Shown: one piece after another, positions 9,120-18,568 of the stretch
Numbering within the stretch: the first letter of the stretch is position 1
Layout of the letters: each line of letters begins with the position of its first letter
From: Candidatus Methylomirabilota bacterium
GTDB taxonomy: Bacteria > Methylomirabilota > Methylomirabilia > Rokubacteriales > CSP1-6
DNA length: 64,000 nucleotides
Assembly: GCA_046726415.1 (NCBI GenBank)
Contig: JBKPAK010000189.1
Location: 1,154-65,153, forward strand
Direction: 5' to 3'
The notes under the pieces: model-generated
Told to the model about the DNA's origin: nothing
The model's database searches: none
The model's input: the letters and a program-made list of their open reading frames with translations, nothing else
Translations under genes and position numbers: made by a program

Positions 9120-10007
9120 TCACTTCTTCTCCTGGGGGGCGCCACTCACCTTCTCCTGGCCGGCACCACTCACCCACTGCCAGTTGTCGACGGTCTCGCC
9201 CTTGCGACCCCCGCTCACGCTCGAGTAGGGCGCCCGCGCGTGGTTCTTCTCACCGCCAGTGACGCTCGAGAAGGCCCCAAACCCCTGATTGTCGTAGCCA
9301 CCGTTGACGCTCGAGTAGCCGCCCGGCGCGCTGTTCGCCTGGCCCCCGGTCACGGATGAATAGCCTCCGAGGGCCGCGTTGTGCTGGCCACCACCGACCC
9401 AGCTCCAATAGCCCGTCGCCGAGTTGTGACCGCCGCCACTGACGGCGGTGTAGTAGTTGGCCGCCTCGTTCGACTCTCCGCCGCTCACCGTGGAGAACTC
9501 ACCTCGCGCCACGTTTCTGAAGCCGCCGGTCACCGTCGTGAAGACGCCGGCAATCATGTTCTCATGGCCGGCCACGAACCCTCCGAAGAACGAGAACCGG
9601 TGCCCTGAACCCACCACGAGGTTGTGCGCTCCCTGCCGGTCTTGGGGCTTCAACTTGACATGAGTCGGCGGTTCGTCGTACCCCACGATGAGATTGCCCA
9701 GACCAGACGACCCGGCGGTCATGCCTGAACCGTCCCTGACGTGGATATTGGCGCCTGTGAAGATGATGTGGGGGCCCGCCACCCCATTGATCGGGTCAGA
9801 GGCCACGCTGACGTAGGGCGCCAGCGCCAGCGCCTTGTTCGCCTGCAGGGCCGCCAACTGGCTCTGAAGGGCAGCCACCTCCTTTTGCAGCGCCTGGACG
9901 GCGCTTCTTAGCTGCCGGACGTCGTCAGACGCTAGGCTCGGGGACGAGCCAATCATCATCATCATAGCTCCGCCAGCGACCATGATTCCGATCCTTCGTA
10001 GTCTCAT
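9120..10007 (-). CDS. Secreted protein with an N-terminal coiled coil and 15-residue tandem repeats resembling YadA-head / Hep_Hag (tail-fibre-like beta-roll) repeats.
   Basis: Start taken at M29 (MRLRRIGIMVAGGAMMMMIGSSPSLA, a signal peptide). Heptads follow (LRSAVQALQKEVAALQSQLAALQ). Then about eight repeats of the form xYSSVxGGxxNxAxG (STVSGGESNEAAN, TAVSGGGHNSATG, SSVTGGQANSAPG, SSVSGGEKNHARA, SSVSGGRKGETVD and so on). Confidence 0.6.
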   Translation of the reverse strand: MRLRRIGIMVAGGAMMMMIGSSPSLASDDVRQLRSAVQALQKEVAALQSQLAALQANKALALAPYVSVASDPINGVAGPHIIFTGANIHVRDGSGMTAGSSGLGNLIVGYDEPPTHVKLKPQDRQGAHNLVVGSGHRFSFFGGFVAGHENMIAGVFTTVTGGFRNVARGEFSTVSGGESNEAANYYTAVSGGGHNSATGYWSWVGGGQHNAALGGYSSVTGGQANSAPGGYSSVNGGYDNQGFGAFSSVTGGEKNHARAPYSSVSGGRKGETVDNWQWVSGAGQEKVSGAPQEKK

Positions 10008-10329
10008 TGGGGTCCTCCTCCCATCGCTGTCCATTCGCGCCCATGACACAGAGGGGTCTGCCCGTCTGCTACACGGGCACCGGCCACCCATCGCGGCCGT
10101 GACTCACCAGACGTCCTCTCGCCCGTTGGGGCGATACTGGTCGTCCGCGGGCGTCGAGCGCGGCGGATGACACATAAGTGGCTCCGGACGCCATAGAATC
10201 TGACCAACGCGAGCGCTGTGTCAAATGTTTGTAAGGCGGCATCGTCCGCGCCGGGCTGGAGTGGCCGCCAGGGCGGTCTGCGGCCGTTCGACTGCGGGCA
10301 TCGGATGGTGACTGCCACGCCGCGAGCAG

Positions 10330-10370
10330 AAAGCGGTTGACACCCCAGTGGAAACCGTTGACACCATGGT
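10330..10370. promoter_or_regulatory. Two direct copies of GTTGACACC about 21 bp apart, inside a 1.1-kb gene-poor divergent region.
   Basis: Sequence ...gcgGTTGACACCccagtggaaaccGTTGACACCatgg... Each copy carries TTGACA. Coordinates are approximate. Confidence 0.3.
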
Positions 10371-11177
10371 CCGGCGCGCCGGACACTCCCCTCGGTGTTT
10401 GGTCTCACCGATGCGGTGCGGCGTGTGGCTGTCGCAGGCCTCCGGGCGCAGCTACGCCGCGACAACGCCGGGGGCAAGGTCGCGTTCTGCGCGGGCCCTC
10501 GACGCAGTCCTGTGGCCCCTTCCCGGCGACCCAGGTCTTTGGCCTTCAACGGCAGGGCATTCGGTCACTTCAGCCTCCGTCCCGGACTGGTGTCTGGCCG
10601 CCGCGTCGGTTCTCGACGCGCGCCGATGCCCATCAGCGCCCATCATCTCCAGCGGGGCAGGCTGGGTTCTGGAACCGAAGATCCTCGGAGCTTTCTCTTG
10701 GTGCCTTCGCTCTTGCCCTGTGGCACCTGACGAGGCGTTAGCCGTGTCCCGGTTTGAGCGGGGAGTGGCTGTCCTGTCCGTTCTGGCGATGCAGGCCTCC
10801 TCTGAGTCAACGAGGGTCCGACGCCGATCTCCAAGCTGCTGCCGTCGGCGATCGAGGCCATCGATGAGCCGCGGCGTCAGGAACACGAATCTCATCCGCT
10901 TGCGGGCCATCGATCCTGTTGTCCGCCGCCGCGACCACAACCCTTTCGCTCGCTCGCGCACCAACGAGGCGGACTTGAATAGTGGGCGCGAGAGTGGGCC
11001 GGCTGAGTGGCTTCTTGGAGGCGGGGGTGGCTCTACAAGCGAGATCGAGGTTGGGCTCAACCTCGATCGGGCGCAGACGCGTCAGGTGTGGACACTCAAC
11101 GCCTTCGTCTTCAACGTGCACGATGCGGGCGGCGTCGGTGTGGCCGCGCCGCTCATCGAATCCTAGGGCGCCGCGCG

Positions 11178-12632
11178 ATGAACACTGCGAATCGCCTTCT
11201 CCGCAACAGCGCATGGCTCATCACGGGTCAGGGCTGCGCTCGCGCCATCAACTTTGCCTACGCGGTGTGGCTCGCCCGGACGCTCGGCGTCGACGCGTTC
11301 GGGGCCTACTCCTTCGTCACGGTCACCGTGCTGGCAGGTGGCCTGATGAGCGACGCCGGTCTGAGTTGGCTGACGGTCCGGGACATGGCGAGAGCAAGCG
11401 TGTCATCTCGATTCCTGGTCACGGTCATCGCGCTTCGCGCAGCCTGCAGCCTCGGCGGGTACATTGGCCTTGTGTTCATCCTCCGCGCCTTCCGCTATTC
11501 GCCTGACCTCGTCTGGCTCGTGGTGCTGGGCGGCCTCTCCCTGTTGCCGGCCGGGTTCGCTCAAGTTGCTGAGGCCGTGTATCAGGCCGACGAACGGATG
11601 GATGTGGTGGCGGCTCTGCAGAATCTCAACGTGGTGCTGAATGCAGGGCTCGGCTCGGCAGCCCTGCTCACGGGCGCTGGCCTCGAGGGAGTCGTGGTCG
11701 CGTGGGTGGGTGCCTCGACCGCTCATGCCGTCGCCTATGCCGCGCTGCTACGGCCCCGCTGGAGGCCGTTTGCGACAGGTGTGCATCTCTCCGAGGCGCG
11801 GTCGATCCTGCGCGCGGCCGCACCGTTCGCCGGGCAGGCCTTGCTGAGCGTCGTCTACTTCCGCGCCGGACCCCTCACGGTGGGCTGGCTGCGCAGCGAG
11901 CGAGAACTGGGCATCTACGCCGCCGCCTATCGGGTGGCCGAGGGTCTGACTCTCGTTCCCAGCATGTTCACGATGGCGCTCTTTCCGATCATGGCGCAGC
12001 TGCACCGCGACAGTGCCGACGCCCTGGGTCGGTTGTACCTAGCGTCGCAGCGGGCCTCGGCCGTCATCTTTGGCCCAGTGGTCGTGGTCGGGGTCGTCTA
12101 TGCCCGCGAGCTGGTGGATCTTCTCTATTCCTCGCGCTACGCCTTGGCCGGCGATCCCCTCATGCTCCTCATGGCCGGCCTCATGTTCGTCATGCTGCAT
12201 GCATCGACCAGCGCCGTGTTGTTGTCAGGGACCGCGCTCGGCCCCGTAGTCCGCCACACCGGCGTGGTGGCTGGGCTCAGCGTCGCGCTGAACCTCGCCT
12301 TCGTTCCGTTGGGGGGGGCAACCGGAGCGGCCCTCGCGAACGTTCTTGCTCAAGCCGCTACGTGGCTGATCTTCCTTCGCCTCATATTTTTGCGCCTCCC
12401 CATCGCGCCGGGCGCGTTCCTCGACGCGGTCGGCAAGCCGGCGATCGCGCTCGCGGTGTTGGCCGGTGTCCTCGCCATAGGCAGAGTGTGGGCGCCGATC
12501 GGCGGCCCCGTCCTGGGGTCTGGCGTGTACGCGTTGGCGGTGTGGCGACTCGGCATCATTCGGCCCGAGGAAGCCCTTCTCGTGCGCCAGCTCTTGGCTC
12601 GAGTCCTGCTGCCCTCTCTCCGCCGAGGCTGA
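11178..12632 (+). CDS. Wzx-type polysaccharide flippase (oligosaccharide flippase / MOP superfamily).
   Basis: About 12-14 TM helices, with MNTANRLLRNSAWLITGQGCARAINFAYAVWLAR typical of Wzx N-termini. Start at M58 of track ORF 11007..12632. Confidence 0.8.
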   Translation: MNTANRLLRNSAWLITGQGCARAINFAYAVWLARTLGVDAFGAYSFVTVTVLAGGLMSDAGLSWLTVRDMARASVSSRFLVTVIALRAACSLGGYIGLVFILRAFRYSPDLVWLVVLGGLSLLPAGFAQVAEAVYQADERMDVVAALQNLNVVLNAGLGSAALLTGAGLEGVVVAWVGASTAHAVAYAALLRPRWRPFATGVHLSEARSILRAAAPFAGQALLSVVYFRAGPLTVGWLRSERELGIYAAAYRVAEGLTLVPSMFTMALFPIMAQLHRDSADALGRLYLASQRASAVIFGPVVVVGVVYARELVDLLYSSRYALAGDPLMLLMAGLMFVMLHASTSAVLLSGTALGPVVRHTGVVAGLSVALNLAFVPLGGATGAALANVLAQAATWLIFLRLIFLRLPIAPGAFLDAVGKPAIALAVLAGVLAIGRVWAPIGGPVLGSGVYALAVWRLGIIRPEEALLVRQLLARVLLPSLRRG

Positions 12633-12699
12633 CGATGCGCCCGGACCGCCACTCCTCCCCCCGCGATGGCCACATCGGGCCGGGACGAGAGGAGCCACA

Positions 12700-13671
12700 G
12701 TGCGTGACGGCGGAGCCGGTCGCCCGCCAACCCATGCTCGGCGCGCGAAACGAGGAGGAGGCCGCACCATCAACACGGTGACGGTGATCATCGTCAACTG
12801 GAATACTGCCGACCTCGCGCGCCGTTGCATCGAATCCGTGGCCGCCACCACCTCCGTTCCCTGGGAGATTGTCGTCGTCGACAATGCCTCATCCGACGAC
12901 AGCGTCACCGTGATCAGGACGAGCTTCCCGTGGGTCCGGCTCGTGCAGAATTCGTCCAATCTGGGCTTCGCCCGGGCGAACAACCAGGTGCTGCGGGCGG
13001 CCGGCGCGGAGTTCGTCTTGCTGCTCAATCCAGACACGGTTGTGCACAACCACGCCATCGACGGCATGGTGGGCTTTCTCAGGGAGCGACCACGGGCGGC
13101 TGCCGTCGGCTGCATGCTCCTCAACGAGGATGGGTCGCTGCAGCCCTCCTGCCGCAGCTTTCCCTCCCCCCTCAAGCATCTGGCGGAGGTACTGCGTCTG
13201 CCGCGGCTCTGTCGGCACGTTCCCATCCTGAGCCGGCAGTATGTCTTGGCGTGGAAGCATGACGAGGTTCGCGCGGTGGACTGGGTCTCCGGAGCCGCCC
13301 TCATGATGCGTCAAGAAGCGATCCGCGACGTGGGAGTGCTCGACGAAGACTACTTCATGTACGGCGAAGAACTCGATTGGTGCTTTCGCGCGAGGCGCAG
13401 GGGCTGGCTGATCTACTACATGCCCGACGCCCGGGTCACGCATCTCGGTGGCCGCAGCACCGCCCTTGCGGCGCCGGCGATGTTCATCCACAGCTATCGC
13501 AGCACGCTGCGCTTCTACCGGAAGTTCTACTCGCCAGCCGCGGTCGCCGGCTTGCGACTGGTCGTCGCCCTGCGCATGGCGGCAAGGGCGGTGAAGTTAC
13601 TTTTGCTCGGGCCGCCAGACGCGCGCACGACCCACCTGAAAGCCTGTTGGACGGTCCTGCGGCTCCGGTGA
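12700..13671 (+). CDS. Glycosyltransferase family 2.
   Basis: VTVIIVNWNTADLARRCIESV...VVDNASSDDS, a DxD-type Rossmann GT-A fold, and a rhamnosyltransferase-like C-terminal half. The start may instead be the GTG at about 12778. Confidence 0.8.
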   Translation: MRDGGAGRPPTHARRAKRGGGRTINTVTVIIVNWNTADLARRCIESVAATTSVPWEIVVVDNASSDDSVTVIRTSFPWVRLVQNSSNLGFARANNQVLRAAGAEFVLLLNPDTVVHNHAIDGMVGFLRERPRAAAVGCMLLNEDGSLQPSCRSFPSPLKHLAEVLRLPRLCRHVPILSRQYVLAWKHDEVRAVDWVSGAALMMRQEAIRDVGVLDEDYFMYGEELDWCFRARRRGWLIYYMPDARVTHLGGRSTALAAPAMFIHSYRSTLRFYRKFYSPAAVAGLRLVVALRMAARAVKLLLLGPPDARTTHLKACWTVLRLR

Positions 13672-14287
13672 CTCCACGGGCGGGGCACAGGCAGGTTCAA
13701 CTGACGCAGTGCAGAGGGAGCGATCACCATATCGAACGGTGCGCTCAGGATTGCGACGACCTTGTCCAGGTGGTCGAGGTGGGCCGAGAGCTGTCTGATG
13801 AGGAACGCGTGATGCGCGCGGAAGCGTCCGGCCAGGGCCTGTCGGGGAAGTCGTCGGCATTGTTGCCCAACGTCCCACAGGCCAGCCCGCCCCCGCACGG
13901 CGGGCCCGGCGGTTCCCGCGACTAGGTCTCCAACATGGCGCGGCCGCCCGTGGAGGGCCCGCCAAACGAATGGACGCCTCGCCCCGGCGCGGGATAGCTT
14001 TTGGGCGATGGCATGCTCGTGGGGACCGACCCCTGCCGTGCGGCAACGGGATCCGGGGGGGCAGAAGGCCAATCGGGGGCGAAACTGCGCCGCAGGCAGG
14101 CGCGGAAGGAATAGTCCGCTATGCCGCCCAAGTCTGAGGGGCTGGTGCGTTGGGCTTGCCACGCTGATCCCACGGGACGAGTACGGCCTGATGCCCTCCT
14201 GAGGCTGATGAGGAGCCGAGGACTGGACCTCGGCCACGGGCGAGTGCACGGGCCTCCTGTTGCACTGGGCATTCATGGCCGCACGCC

Positions 14288-15052
14288 ATGATTTCGGGGC
14301 GAAAGGTGACGGTCGTGATGCCCGCGTACAACGCCGAGGCGACGCTCCAGAAGACCGTCCTCGAGATTCCGAGGAACGTCGTCGACGACATCATCGTCGT
14401 GGACGACCAGTCGCGTGACCGCACCGTCGACGAGGCGCGGCGGCTCAAGCTCCACACGATCATCCACCCGAAGAACCGCGGCTACGGGGGGAACCAGAAA
14501 ACCTGCTACGCGGAGGCGCTTCGGCGCGGGGCGGAGATCATCGTCATGGTGCATCCCGACTACCAATACACCCCGCGGCTCATCCCAGTGCTGGCCGCCT
14601 GCATCGGAAGCGGTCTCTACGACGTGGCCCTCGGATCGCGCATCCTCGGCGGGCAGGCGGTCGCCGGAGGCATGCCGCGTTACAAGTACGTCAGCAACCG
14701 CTTCCTGACCGCGGCGGAAAACCTTCTCGTTGGTGCGAAGCTCTCCGAGTACCACACCGGCTACCGGGCGTTCTCCCGACGGGTCCTGGAGGAGGTACCG
14801 CTCGAGGAGAATGATGACGACTTCGTGTTCGACAACCAGATGCTCTTGCAGGCCATCTGGTTCGGCTTCGCCATCGCCGAAGTGACCTGCCCCGCGCGCT
14901 ACACTGAAGAGTCCTCGTCCGTCACGTTCCGGCGCAGCGTCGTCTACGGCGTCGGCGTGTTGCGGGCGGCGGTGCTGTTCCGGTTGGCGCGGCTGGGCCT
15001 TGCTCGACCACGGTTCCTGGCACGCAACGGCCGAAGGCTCGCGTTGAGTTGA
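14288..15052 (+). CDS. GT2 polyprenyl-phosphate sugar synthase-like glycosyltransferase (Dpm1/ArnC/GtrB-like).
   Basis: KVTVVMPAYNAEATL...VVDDQSRDRT...HPKNRGYGGNQKTCY matches Dpm1/ArnC-type GT2 enzymes. Confidence 0.8.
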   Translation: MISGRKVTVVMPAYNAEATLQKTVLEIPRNVVDDIIVVDDQSRDRTVDEARRLKLHTIIHPKNRGYGGNQKTCYAEALRRGAEIIVMVHPDYQYTPRLIPVLAACIGSGLYDVALGSRILGGQAVAGGMPRYKYVSNRFLTAAENLLVGAKLSEYHTGYRAFSRRVLEEVPLEENDDDFVFDNQMLLQAIWFGFAIAEVTCPARYTEESSSVTFRRSVVYGVGVLRAAVLFRLARLGLARPRFLARNGRRLALS

Positions 15053-15249
15053 CCCGCTGCTCGGTGTGCGGCGGCGCACTCGCGCCAGGGCTCGCCGGGG
15101 TGCGCGATCGTGAGACCGGCGAGACCTTCGATGCGGCCCCCTCTGGCATAGCCTCGAGCATGAGCCGGAACCCCCTCACGCGCATGATCTCGGAGACGGC
15201 GCATCGCGCACATCAGCTCCGCCGATCGCCCGCGCTGCGCCCTGAAGCG

Positions 15250-16848
15250 TTACTCGAGCTCCCAGAGCTCGAGGCGCTCGAGCACCTCGCCTCCCCACGC
15301 CCACGGGAGCAGGCCCCAATAGTTCGAGTAGAAGCCGGCCCCGAGCGCGAAGCTCATGATGCGCCCGCCGGGGCGCGCGTCCTCGATGCGCGCGAGCAGC
15401 CTGCGCTGTGGGAAGCGCCCGATTCCGTCGCCTAAGCTGCGCAGGCTCGAGACCGCGAGGTCGCCGCGCTCCGGATACGGTGGCGTCGAAGTGAGCGGAC
15501 GCGCCCCGGCTCGCTCCGCGTACCACTGGAAGCCCCAGTGGCCAGCGAACCATACGCGCCGGCCCGCGGCCACGTGGGGCGTGATCCATTCCGCGGCGGC
15601 GCGCCGCCCGAGCTCCGCGAAGGAGGCGTCGGCGTGCAGGATCGCCACGCCTAGCGCGACGCCCGCCGCCACGGTTGCGCCGACGAGCACGCGCGAGAAG
15701 GCGCGTGACCGAAGGGCGACCGATCGGCCGATCAGAATCGCCGCGGCGGGCGCCGAGGCGAGCAGATATTTCGAGGGCATGTGAGGATACGGCGTGACCG
15801 CGAGAGGAAGCAGCAGCCACAACCCGAGCACGAGCTGCACCGCATCGCGGCGGCGGAAACCGTCGGCGAACACGTCCCACAGCGCGCTCGCGGTGAGGGC
15901 GATCACGGGCACGAGCCAGAGGAAGCGGCCGTCGCTCGCAGGGAAGAGCACCAGTGCTAGGCCGAGGGCAGCGACGCAGAGGAGCGGCTGTCGCACGAGC
16001 GCGCGCCAGCGGAGCGCCGCCCACGGGAGCGAAAACGGCAGCACGAGCGTCCAGTGCACGCCAAAGGCCGCGACGTTCGACGCGAGGTTCTTGAGCGAGC
16101 TGAAGGTCTGCGCCGCGCCCAGCCACGCGCTCGGCGCGCCCTCGGGATCGCGGGTCAGCAGCGTCAGCCCGACCACCGCCGCCGGCGCGAGCGCGATCGG
16201 GAGGAACGCCATGAGCCGCGTCTTGCGCCAGCTCGCGCGCGCGAGGAAGTCCCGGGGTAGCGCCAGCGCCGCAATGGCGAGCAACAGCAGGAGATGCGGG
16301 CGCGCAAGCGCAGCCAACGCAAGCGCCGCGGTCGCGACCAGGCATTGGTGCCCGTGCTGGTCGTCGCGCCAGGCGAGCACGCGCTCCAGTCCGAGCGCGC
16401 CGAACGCCATCGCCGGGATGTCCGGCATGGCAGTACCGGCCATAGCTAGCGCGGCGGGGGTCGCGGCGAGCAGGAGCGCCGCCGCGCGCGCCGCATCGGG
16501 CGATCCTCCGAGGCGCAAGGCGAGGGCCGCGGTCGCGGCGATCGCCAGCGCCAAGAGCAGGAGCTGTTCGAGATGCGCGATCCACTCGTGTCCACCGGAC
16601 GCGACCGACGGCACGAGCAGGTACGCCATCCCCGGCCCGCTCGGCATGATGGCCGACATGCGGCGCGGCTCGGTCGACTCCGACCACACCATCTCGAAAG
16701 CCGTTGGGTGCACCGGATCGTTGAGCAGCTGCTCCGCCTGCCGCAGAAACATTGTGTCGTCGATCGTGAAGGCCTTGTCGAGGAACGGGACGAGGACCAC
16801 GGTCGCGAGGAGCAGCGCCGGCGCGGCGCAGCGAAGCGCGCTCAGCAT
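15250..16848 (-). CDS. GT-C fold membrane glycosyltransferase, ArnT/PMT_2 (GT39/GT83)-like.
   Basis: Polytopic membrane protein. Start at M79 of track ORF 15250..17082 (MLSALRCAAPALLLATVVLVPFLDKAFTIDDTMFLRQAEQL). The other long ORFs over this region are Arg-rich wrong frames. Confidence 0.65.
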   Translation of the reverse strand: MLSALRCAAPALLLATVVLVPFLDKAFTIDDTMFLRQAEQLLNDPVHPTAFEMVWSESTEPRRMSAIMPSGPGMAYLLVPSVASGGHEWIAHLEQLLLLALAIAATAALALRLGGSPDAARAAALLLAATPAALAMAGTAMPDIPAMAFGALGLERVLAWRDDQHGHQCLVATAALALAALARPHLLLLLAIAALALPRDFLARASWRKTRLMAFLPIALAPAAVVGLTLLTRDPEGAPSAWLGAAQTFSSLKNLASNVAAFGVHWTLVLPFSLPWAALRWRALVRQPLLCVAALGLALVLFPASDGRFLWLVPVIALTASALWDVFADGFRRRDAVQLVLGLWLLLPLAVTPYPHMPSKYLLASAPAAAILIGRSVALRSRAFSRVLVGATVAAGVALGVAILHADASFAELGRRAAAEWITPHVAAGRRVWFAGHWGFQWYAERAGARPLTSTPPYPERGDLAVSSLRSLGDGIGRFPQRRLLARIEDARPGGRIMSFALGAGFYSNYWGLLPWAWGGEVLERLELWELE

Positions 16849-17289
16849 CGGGCCACCACACCTCGCCCGCGCCTCGCGCGCGGGGCCAGCCGCAGCCTGA
16901 CCTCGCTCAGCCCGCAGGGCAACGTCTCGGGGAGGTCGCCGCACGCTGCTCACCTTGCGACGCGCGGCGCGGCCCGCCGTGACTGGGATCGCGATGGCGA
17001 CGGCGGCGGACACGCTGAGCAACGAGGCCGTAATTGGCTCAAGCAGGGATTGTCGGCTCCACATCTGCATGGCGTCAACCATCTGGCGGCCGTGTCTCCC
17101 GGGGTTGGGACGGCGTTGGACACTGAGCGTCCGTGCGGCACTGCCGACCGCCGACCAGGCGACGTTCGACCGGCTTCTGCGGCCGCGGCGGCGCGGGCGC
17201 CAGCCCCGCCCGCTCGCCGCCTCGTCGCCGGCCTGTGCACCCAGGTGCCCGTCCGCACCCAGGGCGGGTGGACCGGCGTCCCCCAGGGG

Positions 17290-18000
17290 CGGTACAGAGT
17301 GGTCTTGTCTTGCATTGCGGCGAGGCCACCGCGGAGTATAACCTCACGACCTTCGTCGTAGTGGACGTGGCCTCGATGTGGACCGAGCTGCTGGCGATCC
17401 GGGGCCGGCCCTATCACTGCGTGAGCGATGGGATGGAGTATGCCCGCCGGCCCTTCCCGTTCGCGATCCGCGAATGGCGCCATAACGGCGGCGAGTCCTC
17501 AACGAACTCTTGATCGGCGGGTGTCGCCGGCAGCAGGGATCCGTCCTTCTTCCGGGCGCTGGGCTCGTCGGTCGTCCTTGCCCCCAGCACCGCCCAGGTC
17601 GACGGTCCCGACAATGGCCGAGGAATCGACTTCACTTCCCTGAGAGGTTGCGAGGAGCTGATCACCGGTCAGGCCGGAAAATTCTGGTTCGACCGACCCA
17701 ACCGCGAGCGCGCCGTGATCGTGTTCGAGCATCGAATCGAGTCCCCAGAGACGATCCTCCCGACCGTTCGCTCCGGGGCCTTCAATTCTGGCCGCAAGCG
17801 GCTCCTCGAGAGTAGCCCTAGATGCCCTGCGGGACCGTCGATCCCGGCATCTCCACTTGTCCAAGAGGCGCTAGCCACGAGGGACGACCGGTGCGGGCGT
17901 TTGTCCCAATTTTTGCCCCTGGCCGAAGGAATCGTACGATACGGGGCGAGATGGATGGCGTCAATCATACTGGAAGCGCCGGCGGCGTGGAGCGTGACCC
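17290..18000 (+). pseudogene. Decayed fragment of a YfhO-like paralogue (C-terminal third), with frameshifts and an internal deletion.
   Basis: FRALGSSVVLAPSTAQVDGPDNGRGIDFTSLRGCEELITGQAGKFWFDR...RAVIVFEHRIESPETILPTVRSGAFN aligns with residues of gene 18569..21001 (FRVLGLSAVLVPNTAQVYGLDDARGIDFTSLRRYEEMITGHAGNFWFYR...RALIVFEHRVESPETILQTVRSGGFD). Further similarity (VDPGIS, NFCPWPKESY versus NYFPGWKAYV) continues in shifted frames. Confidence 0.55.
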
Positions 18001-18329
18001 GTCGGTGGCGCAGGCGTGTGAGCCGCAACGCTGCCCGCGATCACAGATCCGGCACGGACGGGCGTCGCACCCTGCGACGCGCACTCGCGGGCGACGCCTC
18101 AGGCTCGCCGCGGAGGCGTTCCCGGGTTGACGTTCGCCATCAAGCTTGTCCTCCTTCCGCTCGCGCTGCTGCCGGTCCTCGCGCGCCGCCGCCGCGGCCT
18201 TCGGCGCTCGCGATCTCGTCTGCTGGCAACTCTGCGTTGACGCTCGGCCTTGCCCTGCTGCCGATCGGTCTGGCGCGAACGATCCGCGAACCGCGAACGG
18301 GGCGCGTCGCTCGAAGCCTGGTCGCCCAC

Positions 18330-18500
18330 CGCGCCAGCATGATCGTCTCGGGCCGTGGTGACATCCTCGCCGAGGCGAGCGCTACCGCCGAGGACATGGT
18401 GGTCGCCGACGTCGATCTCGCCGTGCTTTCCGGGCTCCGGGAGCTCTGGGCTACCACGGTCACCGAGGGCCGGACCCGCGCCGGCCCGGTGGCCGACGCC
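18330..18500 (+). pseudogene. Isolated C-terminal fragment of a carbon-nitrogen hydrolase (nitrilase superfamily) gene.
   Basis: HRASMIVSGRGDILAEASATAEDMVVADVDLAVLSGLRE matches the conserved CN-hydrolase C-terminus (GHSMIVxPxGxVLAEA...EGVLVADIDL...R). No N-terminal catalytic region is present in any frame upstream. Confidence 0.4.
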
Positions 18501-18568
18501 TCGGCCTGCGCGCTCCATCCCAAGGCATCGTCGGCGCGGCCGGTGGAGCGGTCTCCGCACGCGATGTC

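Noticed and set aside
15176-16861. 561-aa ORF on the minus strand (and similar long ORFs at 5480..6598, 1641..2522, 4191..5246, 33634..35301, 60930..62303, 62141..63079).
   Set aside because: They have extremely Arg/Gly/Pro-rich, low-complexity translations and overlap well-supported genes in another frame. These are typical wrong-frame ORFs in 70% GC DNA.
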